Positions 44,512 to 57,947 of a stretch of DNA of 64,000 bases are shown piece by piece. The notes under the pieces are model-generated. The model searched no databases, had not been told where the DNA came from, and saw only the letters and a list, made by a program, of their open reading frames with translations. The position numbers and the translations under genes are program-made. Origin of the DNA: an uncultured Actinomycetota bacterium (GTDB lineage: Bacteria > Actinomycetota > Actinomycetes > JAHEKZ01); contig CAWHIJ010000003.1 in the NCBI GenBank assembly GCA_963829525.1, positions 2,304,001 through 2,368,000 on the forward strand, written 5' to 3'. Position 1 is the stretch's first letter; the number at the start of each line of letters is the position of its first letter.

Positions 44512-45839
44512 CTCGCCGGCACCTCCAGCGTCACACGGGTGCCCTCCCCTACCGCCGACTCAACCGCCAACCTGCCGCCCGCCTCCGCGGCGAGGTCGCG
44601 GAGACCACGAAGCCCGAAACTCTCCGGTACAACAGCGGCGTTTGGGTCGAAGCCTTGACCGTCATCGGTGACGACGAGCTTTGCGACCGCAGGCGTCCCC
44701 TCGATGACGACGCAAACGTCGAGCCGCTCCGGAGACGCGTGACGCAGCGAGTTTCGAACGCATTCCTGGGCGGTTCGCCATATCAGCGCAGTCGCATTGT
44801 CCGAGAGCTGATCGGTGCCCCGGATGCCGACATGCACGTCGACGTCAGCTTGCTCAGCTTGTGCCACGAGATCCTGCAGGGCCGCCCCGAGACCGGCGGC
44901 TTGAAGCTGTGGCGGGTAGATCTCGACCAGAAGAGAACGGAGCGCGAGCAGACTACGGCGCACCGCTGAAGCTAGCCGCTCAAGGTCGGCTTGTAGGCGA
45001 GTGCGGTCAAGATCGATGTCCGGGGAGGCGTCTCTGGCGATCCCGGCAAGGGCGAAGGACGTGCCGGCAAGATCCTGCACAACACCGTCATGGAGGTCGC
45101 GTGCAACCCGCCGACGCTCGGCGTCCGAGGCGTCGGCTGCCATGACCAGGAGCCGCTCACGGTCGGCAGCCGCCGCGTCGGCTCGACGGGAAAGAAGCCA
45201 GACGAGGGGGGTGGTCACCAGGAGGAAGATCAGCAAGCCACCCACCGTGAGCGGTCGAAAGAGTCCGAAGAGCTCGTCGGTGCGCGCCTGGAGGTTGTCG
45301 TCGGTCAGGTAGAGCTCGAAGAGCAACGGTTGGCCGCCAGGGGCCGATACCTTCGTGTACACCTCGAGCACTCGTCCAAGCTGTTGGTCGTAGGAGTTCT
45401 CGGACCTACTGAGGTCGGAGACCTCGGCATCCGAGCCGCCATTGTCGAGCACCGCCCGTTCGTCATCGCCAAGCGGAAACGATTCGTCAATCAACCTGGG
45501 CTCATCGGAGTAGACAATTCGTCCATCTGCGTCCCAGACCTTGACGCGTACCACGTCCCCACCCATGACCCTGCCCCGAATAAGCCGGTCAAAACGGTCG
45601 AGGCCGCCTGCCTCCGTGTCGAGCAGCCCCGAGGAGAGCGCCGGCTCAACGACCGTGTCAGCTAGGAGCTCGGTTGTCGCACGTGCGTCCTCGATCGCCT
45701 GTTGTTGTGCTAGCCGTTCGCCCATCACGCCCGTAAGCCAAGCCAGGAACACCGCAACGACCAGTCCAACCACGACGAACTGCACGACCGGCCGTTGCCA
45801 GACCGGTCGTGCAGCTCGCTTGGTTGATGCAGTGCCCAC
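44508..45839 (-). CDS. Sensor histidine kinase (HisKA_3)
   Basis: Two TM helices around an extracellular domain, ERRRVARDLHDG, DDGQGF, FGLRGL; start uncertain (ORF opens at 45953). Confidence 0.92.
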   Translation of the reverse strand: MGTASTKRAARPVWQRPVVQFVVVGLVVAVFLAWLTGVMGERLAQQQAIEDARATTELLADTVVEPALSSGLLDTEAGGLDRFDRLIRGRVMGGDVVRVKVWDADGRIVYSDEPRLIDESFPLGDDERAVLDNGGSDAEVSDLSRSENSYDQQLGRVLEVYTKVSAPGGQPLLFELYLTDDNLQARTDELFGLFRPLTVGGLLIFLLVTTPLVWLLSRRADAAAADRERLLVMAADASDAERRRVARDLHDGVVQDLAGTSFALAGIARDASPDIDLDRTRLQADLERLASAVRRSLLALRSLLVEIYPPQLQAAGLGAALQDLVAQAEQADVDVHVGIRGTDQLSDNATALIWRTAQECVRNSLRHASPERLDVCVVIEGTPAVAKLVVTDDGQGFDPNAAVVPESFGLRGLRDLAAEAGGRLAVESAVGEGTRVTLEVPAR

Positions 45840-45867
45840 GGGGGCGGCCTCCGAAAGGGAATGCTGG

Positions 45868-46269
45868 CTAGAACCCGAGGCTACCTCTGCAGGTCTCACC
45901 GGTCGCCGGGTTAGTAGCGCGCCAGCCAATACGGTCAGTGCCCGAGAGATCAACCATCAGCCGCCGTACGCTGAACGACCCGCTCGGGCCGCTCGTTGTG
46001 GCGTTTCCCCTCGCCGACACGGTGCCGTTGTGCAACATCCTCCACTTCCAGTTCTGGTTGTTGACATTGCTGTCGACCTCGCCCTCGACCTCAATCCGGC
46101 CATTCTGAGGGCTGGCCTTGAGCTTCCAGTCGCTGTGGCCCGAACACGAACCGCGGCTTATCACGTCGCCGTCTGCCGCTAGGGCGGGGGCGGCAAAGCC
46201 GACGAGAACGGCTCCCGAGAGGGCAACCGCGCCGATCCGGGTAAGCGAAGTCTTCGAGGTGTTGAACAT
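45868..46269 (-). CDS. Small secreted protein (two Cys) upstream of the two-component system
   Basis: GGAGG SD, signal peptide ...FAAPALA, RGSCSG...ETCRG. Confidence 0.8.
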   Translation of the reverse strand: MFNTSKTSLTRIGAVALSGAVLVGFAAPALAADGDVISRGSCSGHSDWKLKASPQNGRIEVEGEVDSNVNNQNWKWRMLHNGTVSARGNATTSGPSGSFSVRRLMVDLSGTDRIGWRATNPATGETCRGSLGF

Positions 46270-46384
46270 GGTGTCCTCCAGGGATCGAGATGGGGGCTTG
46301 GTCAGAGACATGCCGTTTCCGAACACCCTTAGCGTCAGCCACGCGTAGTGCAGTTCGCCATTGTCCCGTAGTACTAGGACCTCT

Positions 46385-46415
46385 GCATGAGCCAGTGATC
46401 GGTTTGGGCTCATGC
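46385..46415 (-). terminator. Hairpin downstream of meaA
   Basis: GCATGAGCC / GGCTCATGC 9-bp stem. Confidence 0.4.
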
Positions 46416-46461
46416 CTTCGATCACAGGAGCGGACGGGCGCGACTGGCGCGGGAGGGATGA

Positions 46462-48496
46462 CTAGAGGTCGGCCACGACAAGGCCGTGTGCCCGACGGAT
46501 CTCTGCCACGATACGCAGCATGATGTCGTCGATCGTGTAGTCCTTCGGTGTAAAGACAGCAGCAACGCCCAGAGCTTCGAGAGCCGCGGAGTCGGACTCA
46601 GGAATGATGCCGCCAACGACAAGAGGCACATCGCTCATGCCCGCGGCCCTGATCCGAGACAGCACCTCCGGCACAAGTTCCATGTGTGAGCCCGAGAGCA
46701 CCGACAAGCCAACAACGTGGACGTCTTCCTCCACCGCCGCGGCGGCGATCTGCTCTGGTGTCAGCCGGATCCCCTGGTAGACCACCTCGAACCCTGCATC
46801 ACGTGCACGCACCGCGATCTGCTCGGCTCCGTTGGAGTGCCCGTCGAGTCCGGGCTTGCCGACGAGAAACCTCAGCCGGCCCCCGAGTTCAGCCGCCGTC
46901 TTCTCGACGGCCGCCCTAACCGCCTCGCCGGATACGGAGTCCCCAACGGACGCGGTCTGCGACGAGACTCCTGTTGGCGCGCGGTACTCGCCAAACACGC
47001 CCCGCAGCGCGTCCGCCCATTCGCCTGTCGTCACGCCGGTCCTGGCACATGCCAAGCTCGCCGGCATCAAGTTCTCACCCGAAGCCGCATCCTTGCTCAG
47101 TTTCTCCAAGGCAACGGCTACCGCAACGTCGTCCCGTTCGGCTCGCCAACTGGCGAGAGCCTCGACTGCACGCTCCTCGACGTCGGCAGCGACGCGTCAG
47201 GACCGCGCTGTCGAGGTCGGACAGCAACGGGTTCGGCTCGGTCGTCGTGAACCGGTTGAGTCCGACAACGACAGCATCTCCCGACTCGATGGCACGACGC
47301 CGCTCGGCGTGGGACTGCACGAGGGCTGTCTTCATGTAGCCGGACTCAACAGCAGCCAGGGCACCGCCGAGCCGCTCGATTCGCGCCATCTCGTCTCGCG
47401 CGCCCACCACAAGCTCGCCGACCTTGGCGGCCACGACCGGGGAGCCATCGAAGAGGTCGCCGTACTCCAACAGGTCGGATTCAAAGGCCAGCACCTGCTG
47501 CATGCGGAGCGACCATTGCTGGTCCCAGGGCCGAGGCAGGCCGAGAGCTTCGTTCCAGGCAGGCAGTTGAATGGCTCGAGCCCTGGCATCCTTGGACAGT
47601 GTGACCGCCAGCATCTCGAGCATGATGCGCGGCACGTTGTTCTCTGGTTGAGCCTCCGTAAGCCCGAGAGAATTGACCTGCACGCCGTACCGGAACCGCC
47701 GCTGCTTCGCGTCCGTGATGCCATAGCGATCTGCGGTGATCTCGTCCCACAGCTCCACGAAGGCACGCATCTTGCACATCTCCTCGACGAAACGCACCCC
47801 AGCGTTGACGAAGAACGAGATGCGCTGGACCACTTCGCCGAAGCGTTCTGGCGGCACCTGGCCGGAATCGCGAACGGCGTCGAGCACGGCAATCGCTGTA
47901 CTCAGGGAGAACGCCAGCTCTTGGACCGGGGTGGCACCGGCCTCCTGCAGGTGATAGCTGCAGATATTCGTCGGGTTCCATTGGGGAACGTTTGCCACCG
48001 TGTAGGTCACCATGTCGGTGATCAGCCGCAGCGATGGGCCGGGCGGGAAGACATACGTCCCGCGCGACAGGTACTCCTTGATGATGTCGTTCTGTGTCGT
48101 TCCCTGAAGTGCGGCTGGATCGACGCCCTGTTCCTCGGCCACCGCGATGTAGAGGGACAACAGCCACATAGCCGTGGCGTTGATCGTCATCGACGTATTC
48201 ATCTCGTCAAGCGGGATGCCCTCCATCAGCGAGCGCAGGTCGCCGAGGTGGGTGACCGGAACGCCGACCTTGCCGACCTCTCCGCGCGCCAGCTCGTCGT
48301 CGGGATCGTAGCCGGTCTGCGTCGGCAGGTCGAAAGCGATCGAGAGCCCCGTCTGCCCCTTGGCCAAGTTCTTGCGAAAGAGCGCGTTCGACGCAGCAGC
48401 AGAGGAGTGTCCGGCGTACGTGCGCATAACCCAGGGTCGGGTCGTGCTCCCGTCCGCTGACTCACTGCGAGTAGGGGTCGATGGGTCGTTCGCCAT
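46462..48496 (-). CDS. meaA: Ethylmalonyl-CoA mutase (MeaA/Ecm), B12-dependent; frameshift near 47190
   Basis: PWVMRTYAGHS, NICSYHLQEAG, QLPAWNEALGLPRPWDQQWSLR; B12 domain GKPGLDGHSNGAEQ in ORF 46462..47109. Confidence 0.93.
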
Positions 48497-48545
48497 CCAA
48501 GCCTCCGTGAGGTCCCGGTGGATTCGACCCTCAGCCTAGCCGAGC

Positions 48546-48848
48546 CTAGCTAGCTTCCGCGGCGACCCGATCCAAGTTCAGCACGCGGTGCAGACGGGTG
48601 ACAGCGAGGATTCGCAGCATTCGCGGCTGCGGGTCGCAGAGCACCAGCCGGACACCGCACTGACGAGCTCGGCGATGCGCAGCGACCAGCACACCGAGCC
48701 CGGCGACGTCGAGACTGACAACTGCGGACGCATCCACTGACAGGTCACCTTCGGGGATCGAGTCGAGCGCAACCTGTAGTGCGTAGCGGACATCTCCGGA
48801 CGTCGTCGCGTCCACACGGGATGGCAACGTCACGTCGCATGGGCGCAT
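48546..48848 (-). CDS. STAS domain (anti-sigma factor antagonist-like) protein
   Basis: VDASAVVSLDVAGLGVLVAAHRRA...RILAVTRLHRVL. Confidence 0.85.
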   Translation of the reverse strand: MRPCDVTLPSRVDATTSGDVRYALQVALDSIPEGDLSVDASAVVSLDVAGLGVLVAAHRRARQCGVRLVLCDPQPRMLRILAVTRLHRVLNLDRVAAEAS

Positions 48849-49002
48849 GAAACCCTCCGAGCCCGGGTCAGTCGACGCCCGCAGCAGGTTTGCAGCGGGA
48901 GGGAAGTCGCCGACGAACTCCAAGGCCCGCACGCTAGCGCCGCTCAGACCCCGCAATGGTGAGACACGCCGCACAGCCCCCTGAGTGGTCGCGTGACTAC
49001 CA

Positions 49003-49848
49003 TCAGTAACGGTAAAACCCCTGGCCGGTCTTTCGACCGAGGGCGCCCCGAGCGACCATCTGCCGCAGCAACGCGGGCGCTGCGAAGGTCTCCCCCGGGG
49101 TCTCGGCCGCGATGTTGTCCGCAGCGCTGACCATGACGTCGATCCCCACGAGGTCGATCGTTTCCAGCGGCCCCATTGCGTGTCCGAACCCGAGTCGGCA
49201 AGCGGTGTCGACGTCCTCGGCGGTGGCCACCCCGGACTCGACCAAGCGCGCGGCCTCGACGATGAGAGTCGTGATGAGGCGGGTCGTCACGAATCCGGCA
49301 ATGTCGCGGTTGACAACTACACAGGTCTTCCCGACCCGCTCAGCGAACCCGCGCGCAATTTCCAGCGTTTCGTCACTGGTCTCGACTCCACGTACCAGTT
49401 CGCAGAGTGACATGACAGGGACTGGGGAGAAGAAGTGAGTGCCGACCACCTGCTGCGGTCGCCGCGTCACCTCCGCCAGCTGGGTAATGGGCAGTGCTGA
49501 CGTATTGGTGGCGAGCACGGCGTGGGGTCCGAGAATCGGCTCCAGCGCACGGAAGACCTCTTGCTTGACCTCGAGGCGCTCGAAGACCGCCTCGATGGCG
49601 ATCGAGGCTGGGGCGAGGTCTCCGAGCGACGTCGTCGGTGTGATGCGTGCCATCACGACCGCCTCCTCTTCACTGGACGTCCCCTTGGCGGCGAACTTGG
49701 CCAGCGACGTCGAGATGCCCTGGATCCCCCGCTCCAGGGAGGTGCCGTCAACGTCATACAGGTACACCTTGTACCCGGCCTGCGCCGCTACCTGAGCAAT
49801 CCCGGCCCCCATGAGACCTGCTCCGACGACTCCGATCACGTCTTCCAC
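49003..49848 (-). CDS. 3-hydroxybutyryl-CoA dehydrogenase
   Basis: GVVGAGLMGAGIAQ, ATNTS, HFFSPVP, GRKTGQGFY; AAGGAG SD. Confidence 0.93.
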   Translation of the reverse strand: MEDVIGVVGAGLMGAGIAQVAAQAGYKVYLYDVDGTSLERGIQGISTSLAKFAAKGTSSEEEAVVMARITPTTSLGDLAPASIAIEAVFERLEVKQEVFRALEPILGPHAVLATNTSALPITQLAEVTRRPQQVVGTHFFSPVPVMSLCELVRGVETSDETLEIARGFAERVGKTCVVVNRDIAGFVTTRLITTLIVEAARLVESGVATAEDVDTACRLGFGHAMGPLETIDLVGIDVMVSAADNIAAETPGETFAAPALLRQMVARGALGRKTGQGFYRY

Positions 49849-49940
49849 TGCCAGCTCCTTCCGTTTCCTCGTTCCCTGAAGGCTAGAGGGAACCGTCACC
49901 ACAGGTGGCGCCGCCGAGCGGGTGAGCGCAGAATCGACGC

Positions 49941-50260
49941 ATGCCGACCTGGGGCAGCTATTCCTACGTGTACGGACCGCTCATGGCGCTGGTCGCCATC
50001 GGTGTCTTCGTGCTCGTTCTTCGTTGGGCCTTCGGTCGAGGCAGCTCGGTCGTGGAACGCCCGCCTCTGAGCGGCAACCCCGACCAGTACGGGCTGCTCG
50101 ACTCCGTCGCATCACCGGGCACTTACATCGAGGCCGAGATCCTGAGGAGCGACTGGACGCCAGTGGGATCAAGGCGACCGTTGCGATGACCAATGACGGA
50201 CCGCGGCTCATGGTCTGGCCCGAAGACCGAAGCAGGGCAGAGTCCATCGTCGGCAGTTGA
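49941..50260 (+). CDS. Small membrane hypothetical protein (frameshift near 50148)
   Basis: MPTWGSYSY...[11 protein letters not shown]...YGLL joins [26 protein letters not shown] in the alternative frame. Confidence 0.65.
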
Positions 50261-51591
50261 CAGCGTCTGCCGGTGGGCGGGGTCAGCCGAAACGCTCCGG
50301 CCGGGTCGTCCTCTCGGACGATCTTGGCGCCGAGCACTCGGAGTTGCTCGTCGAACTTGGGGTATCCACGGTCGATGTGGTGGATCTCGCTGACGATGGT
50401 CTCGCCCTCGGCCACCAAGCCAGCGATCACGAGCCCGGCACCAGCGCGAATATCGGGGGTCGTGACCGGCGCACCCGAAAGCAGGGGACGCCCACGCACG
50501 ACCGCGTGGTGGCCGTCGGTGCGGATATCAGCACCAAGTCGGGCAAGCTCGTTGACAAACGAGAACCGGGATTCATAGACGTTCTCCGTCACCATCGCAG
50601 TGCCGGAGGCCACAGCGTTGAGGGCCAGGGCCATGGGAAGCAGGTCCGTCGGAAATCCAGGGAATGGCAGCGTCACTGCATCTACAGCCGTGGGACGGCG
50701 ATCCATCATGACTCGGAATCCATCGTGAACTCGGTCGACAGTGGCGCCTGCCGTCACCAGTTTGTCGAGGGCAATCTCAAGGTGTGCCGGATTCGCGTTG
50801 TGCACTGTCACATCACCGAGCGTCATCGCCGCAGCCATCGCCCACGTACCGGCCACGATGCGGTCCGCGACGGTCGCGTGAGAGACCGGTTGCAACGAGT
50901 CGACGCCGACGATGACGAGCGTCGAAGTTCCGGCACCTTCAATCTGGGCTCCCATGTGGCCCAGCATCACGCAGAGGTCGACGATCTCTGGCTCGCGAGC
51001 CGCATTGTCGATCTCGGTACAGCCGTCTGCCAGGACCGCAGCCATCACGAGGTTCTCGGTCGCCCCAACACTAGGAAAATCAAGCCATATCGTGGCACCG
51101 GTCAGCTGCTTGGCCTTAGCCACGATGAAACCGTGCTCGTTCTCAACCGTCGCGCCCATCTTGAGCAGACCGGCGATGTGGAAGTCGAGAGGACGTGAGC
51201 CGATGGCGTCGCCACCCGGTAGTGCAACGTCAGCTTCGCCGGTACGGGCCAACAGTGGGCCCAGAACCGCAATGGACGCTCGCATCCGCCGCACGAGGTC
51301 GTAGTCAGCACGGTGCTCAACCTTTTGCGGGACATCGATCGTGACGGTTGCCGCATCGCGGTCACGGTGCACACCGCATCCGAGTCGTCGAAGAAGCTCG
51401 GACATGATGGTGACGTCGAGGATGTCGGGCACCTCGCTCAGTGTCGTTACGCCGGGAGCAAGCAGTGCCGCGGCCATCAGCTTGAGGACCGAGTTCTTGG
51501 CCCCGGTGACCTGTACGTCACCTGCGAGGCGAGCGCCACCGGTCACCCGAAACCGCTGCGGGCGCGCGATGGCTGCATTGGCGGTCTCCAC
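49981..51591 (-). CDS. murA: UDP-N-acetylglucosamine 1-carboxyvinyltransferase (true stop probably ~50283; tail extended by an indel)
   Basis: [22 protein letters not shown] (Asp at the fosfomycin-target Cys position), FPTD, PDIRAG, HIDRGY. Confidence 0.95.
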   Translation of the reverse strand: METANAAIARPQRFRVTGGARLAGDVQVTGAKNSVLKLMAAALLAPGVTTLSEVPDILDVTIMSELLRRLGCGVHRDRDAATVTIDVPQKVEHRADYDLVRRMRASIAVLGPLLARTGEADVALPGGDAIGSRPLDFHIAGLLKMGATVENEHGFIVAKAKQLTGATIWLDFPSVGATENLVMAAVLADGCTEIDNAAREPEIVDLCVMLGHMGAQIEGAGTSTLVIVGVDSLQPVSHATVADRIVAGTWAMAAAMTLGDVTVHNANPAHLEIALDKLVTAGATVDRVHDGFRVMMDRRPTAVDAVTLPFPGFPTDLLPMALALNAVASGTAMVTENVYESRFSFVNELARLGADIRTDGHHAVVRGRPLLSGAPVTTPDIRAGAGLVIAGLVAEGETIVSEIHHIDRGYPKFDEQLRVLGAKIVREDDPAGAFRLTPPTGRRCQLPTMDSALLRSSGQTMSRGPSLVIATVALIPLASSRSSGSRPRCKCPVMRRSRAARTGRGCRSEAGVPRPSCLDRRPNEERARRHRWRPAP

Positions 51592-51627
51592 GCGCCCATC
51601 GTAGGCGGTCCCCTTAGGGTGGCCGAC

Positions 51628-52212
51628 ATGGTGAATCTCACGCGCATCTACACCCGGACCGGCGACGACGGCACGACCGCCCTAGGCGACATGACCCGGG
51701 TCAGCAAGAACGACCAACGCTTGGTGGCCTACGCCGACGTCGACGAGGCAAACTCGGCGATCGGAGTGGTGGTGGCCACTCCGGGGCTCGACTCCCAGAT
51801 TGCCGCCCTGCTGACCCGCATCCAGAACGACCTCTTCGACGTTGGGGCAGACCTCTGCACCCCCGTCATCGAGGACCCTGAGTTCCCCCCGCTGCGAGTT
51901 GAGCATGAGTACATCGAGCGGCTTGAGGCCGCCTGCGACCAGTACAACGACCTCCTCGAGCCACTTCGATCCTTCGTCCTGCCCGGGGGAACCATGGCCT
52001 CGGCGCACCTTCACGTAGCCCGCACCGTTGTTCGTCGTGCGGAGCGCAGCACCTGGGCTGCGCTGGCCGAGCACAGCGACACGATGGGGCCGCTAGCAGC
52101 TACCTATCTGAACCGGCTCAGCGACCTGCTCTTCATCTTGGGCCGCGTGGCCAACTTGCCAGCACACGGTGGCGGCGGCGACCTGCTGTGGAAGCCGGGC
52201 GGGGAGCGCTAG
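51628..52212 (+). CDS. ATP:cob(I)alamin adenosyltransferase (PduO type)
   Basis: [41 protein letters not shown]. Confidence 0.95.
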   Translation: MVNLTRIYTRTGDDGTTALGDMTRVSKNDQRLVAYADVDEANSAIGVVVATPGLDSQIAALLTRIQNDLFDVGADLCTPVIEDPEFPPLRVEHEYIERLEAACDQYNDLLEPLRSFVLPGGTMASAHLHVARTVVRRAERSTWAALAEHSDTMGPLAATYLNRLSDLLFILGRVANLPAHGGGGDLLWKPGGER

Positions 52213-52217
52213 GGCGT

Positions 52218-53333
52218 CTAGGAGGCGCTCGCGGCGTTCTGCAGCATTCGGATGCGACTCTCGAAGTCCTCGTGGTTCAGGTACGCACCACACAGCTTCC
52301 GCCCGCCAGAGTACGACGCGCGGCCATGCATGGCATGCCAGTTGTCGAACAACATCGCCTCACCGGGCGCCAGGGTGTGTCGCCACTGCAGACTGTGGTC
52401 ATTCGCGAGATTGTCGAAGGCCCTGATGGCGTCGTAGAAGGCAACCATCTCGTCAGCTGGCAGCAAGAACGGGGCGCGGTCGGCATTGTTGAACGAGACC
52501 TGCACAAGGTTGCCGTGATGGTCGTGCCGCAGAACGGGGCGGGCCGACATCAGGTGTGACCCGTCACCGATGTACTGCCCGGGGACCATGACCGTTGACA
52601 GGGTCTCGTAGTGCTGGGGCTGGTGCTGCTTGAGCTCCCAGGCGACCCGGAAGCCATCGGCCATCGTCGACTCGCCACCGGTCCCCTCGAAGAACAAGCA
52701 GTGCAGCAGCTGAACAGGGGCGTCGTTGGAGTAAGTAGCATCGGTGTGCGAGAGCAGCTCGACGTTGGTGTAGGCGGTGTCGGCTTTGCTCATGTCGGCT
52801 TCGAACTCCCAGAAGCCTCCGAAGATCGATTTCCGGATGTAGGCGACTCGCTCAAGCAGCTCTTTGGTTGCCTCGCCTGTTGCTGGCACACCGGTCGCCA
52901 GCGCGAAGCCGTACTGGGCCACTTTCGTGAGCCAGTCGAGCAGCCCCTCGTCGGTGTTCATGATGGCGTCGTAGGGCGTGGTCGGCGTTGGATTGATGAT
53001 CTCGGCATCCCACAGGATCGGCTCGATACCTAGGGAGGTCGATGCCGTGTGCGGTGAGCGAAAGCGCGCGAGGAAGCCGACGGGGATGGTCGAACGATCT
53101 TTGTCGCTCCACGTGATCGTGAGGTCGTCGTTGACCACGTCGACGGCGGTACCGGTCAGATTCGGATCAATCGACGCCGTATGGATGTTTCGCTGCATCG
53201 TGATGGGATGAAAGGTCGCCTCATCGTGGGCATGGTCACGCAGCCAGATCCACGGATAGGTCGTGGCAGCGCCGTCGTCCCAGGTCACTGTGAGGGCAGC
53301 GGGCTCGGTCTTGTAGTCGGTGATGGTCGCCAT
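52218..53333 (-). CDS. Fe(II)/2-oxoglutarate dioxygenase, gamma-butyrobetaine/trimethyllysine hydroxylase-like (TauD/TfdA superfamily)
   Basis: N-terminal WLRDH motif, AYT...HTD, FDNWHAMHGR, RKLCGAY. Confidence 0.88.
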   Translation of the reverse strand: MATITDYKTEPAALTVTWDDGAATTYPWIWLRDHAHDEATFHPITMQRNIHTASIDPNLTGTAVDVVNDDLTITWSDKDRSTIPVGFLARFRSPHTASTSLGIEPILWDAEIINPTPTTPYDAIMNTDEGLLDWLTKVAQYGFALATGVPATGEATKELLERVAYIRKSIFGGFWEFEADMSKADTAYTNVELLSHTDATYSNDAPVQLLHCLFFEGTGGESTMADGFRVAWELKQHQPQHYETLSTVMVPGQYIGDGSHLMSARPVLRHDHHGNLVQVSFNNADRAPFLLPADEMVAFYDAIRAFDNLANDHSLQWRHTLAPGEAMLFDNWHAMHGRASYSGGRKLCGAYLNHEDFESRIRMLQNAASAS

Positions 53334-53421
53334 AGTCGGATGCTAGCCATCGGGCTGGCCACGCGAAAGTGATTCTCGCCTCTTGCGCCAGGACGAAACA
53401 GCGTGTTCCGTCTCCGGCCGC

Positions 53422-53808
53422 CTAGATACGGGCCTCCGCCGCTCGCAGGCGAGTCTCGGCCCGAACCTGCGCCGCGCTTAGCGCCTCTTCGCCTCCGCCA
53501 CCGTTGCTCGCCCTTTCCAGGGCGGCACGGGCACGTTGCACATCGATCTCGTGTGCAAGCTCGGCTACCTCAGCCAGCAGCGACACAGTGTCGCTCTCGA
53601 CCGAGATGAACCCACCATGCACCGCGGCGGCAACCACATCGCCTTCAGTGGTCTTGATCAGGACGACACCGTCGGCCAACTCACCGAGTACCGGCACGTG
53701 ACCGGTGAGGATCCCGAGATCACCATCGAGCGTGCGCGCAATGACCATCGTTGCCTCACCGGACCACACAGAACGATCGGCTGCGACCATCTGTACCTGC
53801 AGTGTCAC
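53422..53808 (-). CDS. atpC: ATP synthase epsilon subunit
   Basis: [23 protein letters not shown]; operon position. Confidence 0.95.
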   Translation of the reverse strand: MTLQVQMVAADRSVWSGEATMVIARTLDGDLGILTGHVPVLGELADGVVLIKTTEGDVVAAAVHGGFISVESDTVSLLAEVAELAHEIDVQRARAALERASNGGGGEEALSAAQVRAETRLRAAEARI

Positions 53809-53844
53809 TGCACCGTCTCCTTCACGATCGTCTGGAGCCGCCGG

Positions 53845-56222
<2,378 letters not shown>

Positions 56223-56255
56223 GTCAGATAGCCTCTTCCCCGTTCATCAACAGGG

Positions 56256-57890
56256 TCACTTGACCTTCTTGGTGATCTGGGTCGGGTCGATCTCTTGCTC
56301 TTCGAGCGACTCCACAGGAACATCCTTCACGAGCAGTTCACCGGATGTGGTCGTGAACTGGGACTTGAAGGCGTCGATCGCTTTCTCCAGCTCAGCCACC
56401 GTGTCGTCACCCAACACCTTGGTCTCACGAATGACGTCGAATACTCCGGCGTGGCTTCCGTGGACGTAGTCGAGGAACTCCGCATCGAAACGTTTGATGT
56501 CCTCAACGGGAACCTCGTCCAACTTACCGGTTGTTCCGCTCCAGATCGAAACGACCTGACGCTCGACCGACTGGGGTTGGTATTGCGGCTGCTTCAGCAA
56601 CTCGACGAGCCGTGCACCTCGCTCAAGAGATGCCTTCGAAGCCTTGTCGAGGTCGGAACCGAACGCCGCGAACGCCTCAAGCTCACGGAACTGTGCCAAG
56701 CTGAGTCGCAGGTTTCCGGCCACCGATCGCATGGCCTTGACCTGGGCGGAGCCACCGACGCGGGACACCGAGATTCCGACGTTGATCGCTGGGCGGACAC
56801 CAGAGTTGAACAGGTCCGTCTCAAGGAAGATCTGGCCGTCGGTGATAGAGATGACGTTGGTCGGGATGTAGGCCGACACGTCATTGCCCTTGGTCTCGAT
56901 GATCGGTAGGCCAGTCATCGAACCCGCACCGAGCTCGTCAGAGAGCTTCGCGCACCGCTCCAGGAGCCGCGAGTGCAGGTAGAAGACGTCGCCGGGATAT
57001 GCCTCGCGGCCCGGCGGCCGGCGGAGGAGGAGCGAAACCGTGCGGTACGCCTCGGCCTGCTTGGAAAGGTCATCGAACACGATCAGAACGTGCTTCCCCT
57101 GGTACATCCAGTGCTGACCGATGGCAGAACCCGTGTACGGGGCGATGTACTTAAAGCCTGCCGGGTCAGATGCCGGGGCGGCGACGATGGTCGTGTATTC
57201 AAGCGCGCCGGCCTCTTCGAGGGCACCACGCACACCCGCGATGGTCGAGCCCTTCTGACCGACGGCGACATAGATGCAACGCACCTGCTGGTCGGGGTCG
57301 CCAGATGCCCAGTTCTCGCGCTGGTTGATGATCGTGTCGATGGCCACGGCGGTCTTGCCGGTCTGGCGGTCACCAATGATCAGCTGGCGCTGACCGCGAC
57401 CGATGGGGGTCATCGCGTCGACGGACTTCAGGCCTGTCTGCAGCGGTTCCTTGACCGGCTGGCGCTGCACCACACTGGGAGCCTGCAGCTCAAGGGTGCG
57501 TCGCCCCTCAGCCTCGACGGGGCCAAGACCATCGATGGGGTTACCCAGCGCGTCAACGACCCGGCCGAGGAACGCATCGCCGACGGGGGCGGAGAGGATC
57601 TCGCCGGTCCGGCGGACGTCCTGGCCCTCAGCGATATGGCTGAACTCTCCGAGAAGTACCGTGCCGATCTCGCGCAAGTCGAGGTTGAGCGCGATCCCAC
57701 GCAGCCCACCCTCGAACTCGAGGATCTCGTTCGTCATCGTCGAGGGGAGCCCCTCCACGCGCGCGATGCCGTCACCGCACTCAAGTACCCGACCGACCTC
57801 GGTACGAGAGGCAGCCTCCGGGGTGTACGACGAGACGAAGCGCGACAACGCGTCCTTGATCTCTTCGGGCCGGATCGTGAGTTCCGCCAT
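56256..57890 (-). CDS. atpA: ATP synthase alpha subunit
   Basis: [23 protein letters not shown]. Confidence 0.98.
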   Translation of the reverse strand: MAELTIRPEEIKDALSRFVSSYTPEAASRTEVGRVLECGDGIARVEGLPSTMTNEILEFEGGLRGIALNLDLREIGTVLLGEFSHIAEGQDVRRTGEILSAPVGDAFLGRVVDALGNPIDGLGPVEAEGRRTLELQAPSVVQRQPVKEPLQTGLKSVDAMTPIGRGQRQLIIGDRQTGKTAVAIDTIINQRENWASGDPDQQVRCIYVAVGQKGSTIAGVRGALEEAGALEYTTIVAAPASDPAGFKYIAPYTGSAIGQHWMYQGKHVLIVFDDLSKQAEAYRTVSLLLRRPPGREAYPGDVFYLHSRLLERCAKLSDELGAGSMTGLPIIETKGNDVSAYIPTNVISITDGQIFLETDLFNSGVRPAINVGISVSRVGGSAQVKAMRSVAGNLRLSLAQFRELEAFAAFGSDLDKASKASLERGARLVELLKQPQYQPQSVERQVVSIWSGTTGKLDEVPVEDIKRFDAEFLDYVHGSHAGVFDVIRETKVLGDDTVAELEKAIDAFKSQFTTTSGELLVKDVPVESLEEQEIDPTQITKKVK

Positions 57891-57947
57891 GTCCTGCTCT
57901 CCTCGTTCTTTTCGACGCTTGCGCGCCGGTAGGTCGAAAGGTGGTGC

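Noticed and set aside
49981-50282. 100-aa C-terminal extension of MurA
   Set aside because: It overlaps a plausible gene on the opposite strand, and removing one base of the T-run near 50290 gives TTC GGC TGA at normal MurA length.
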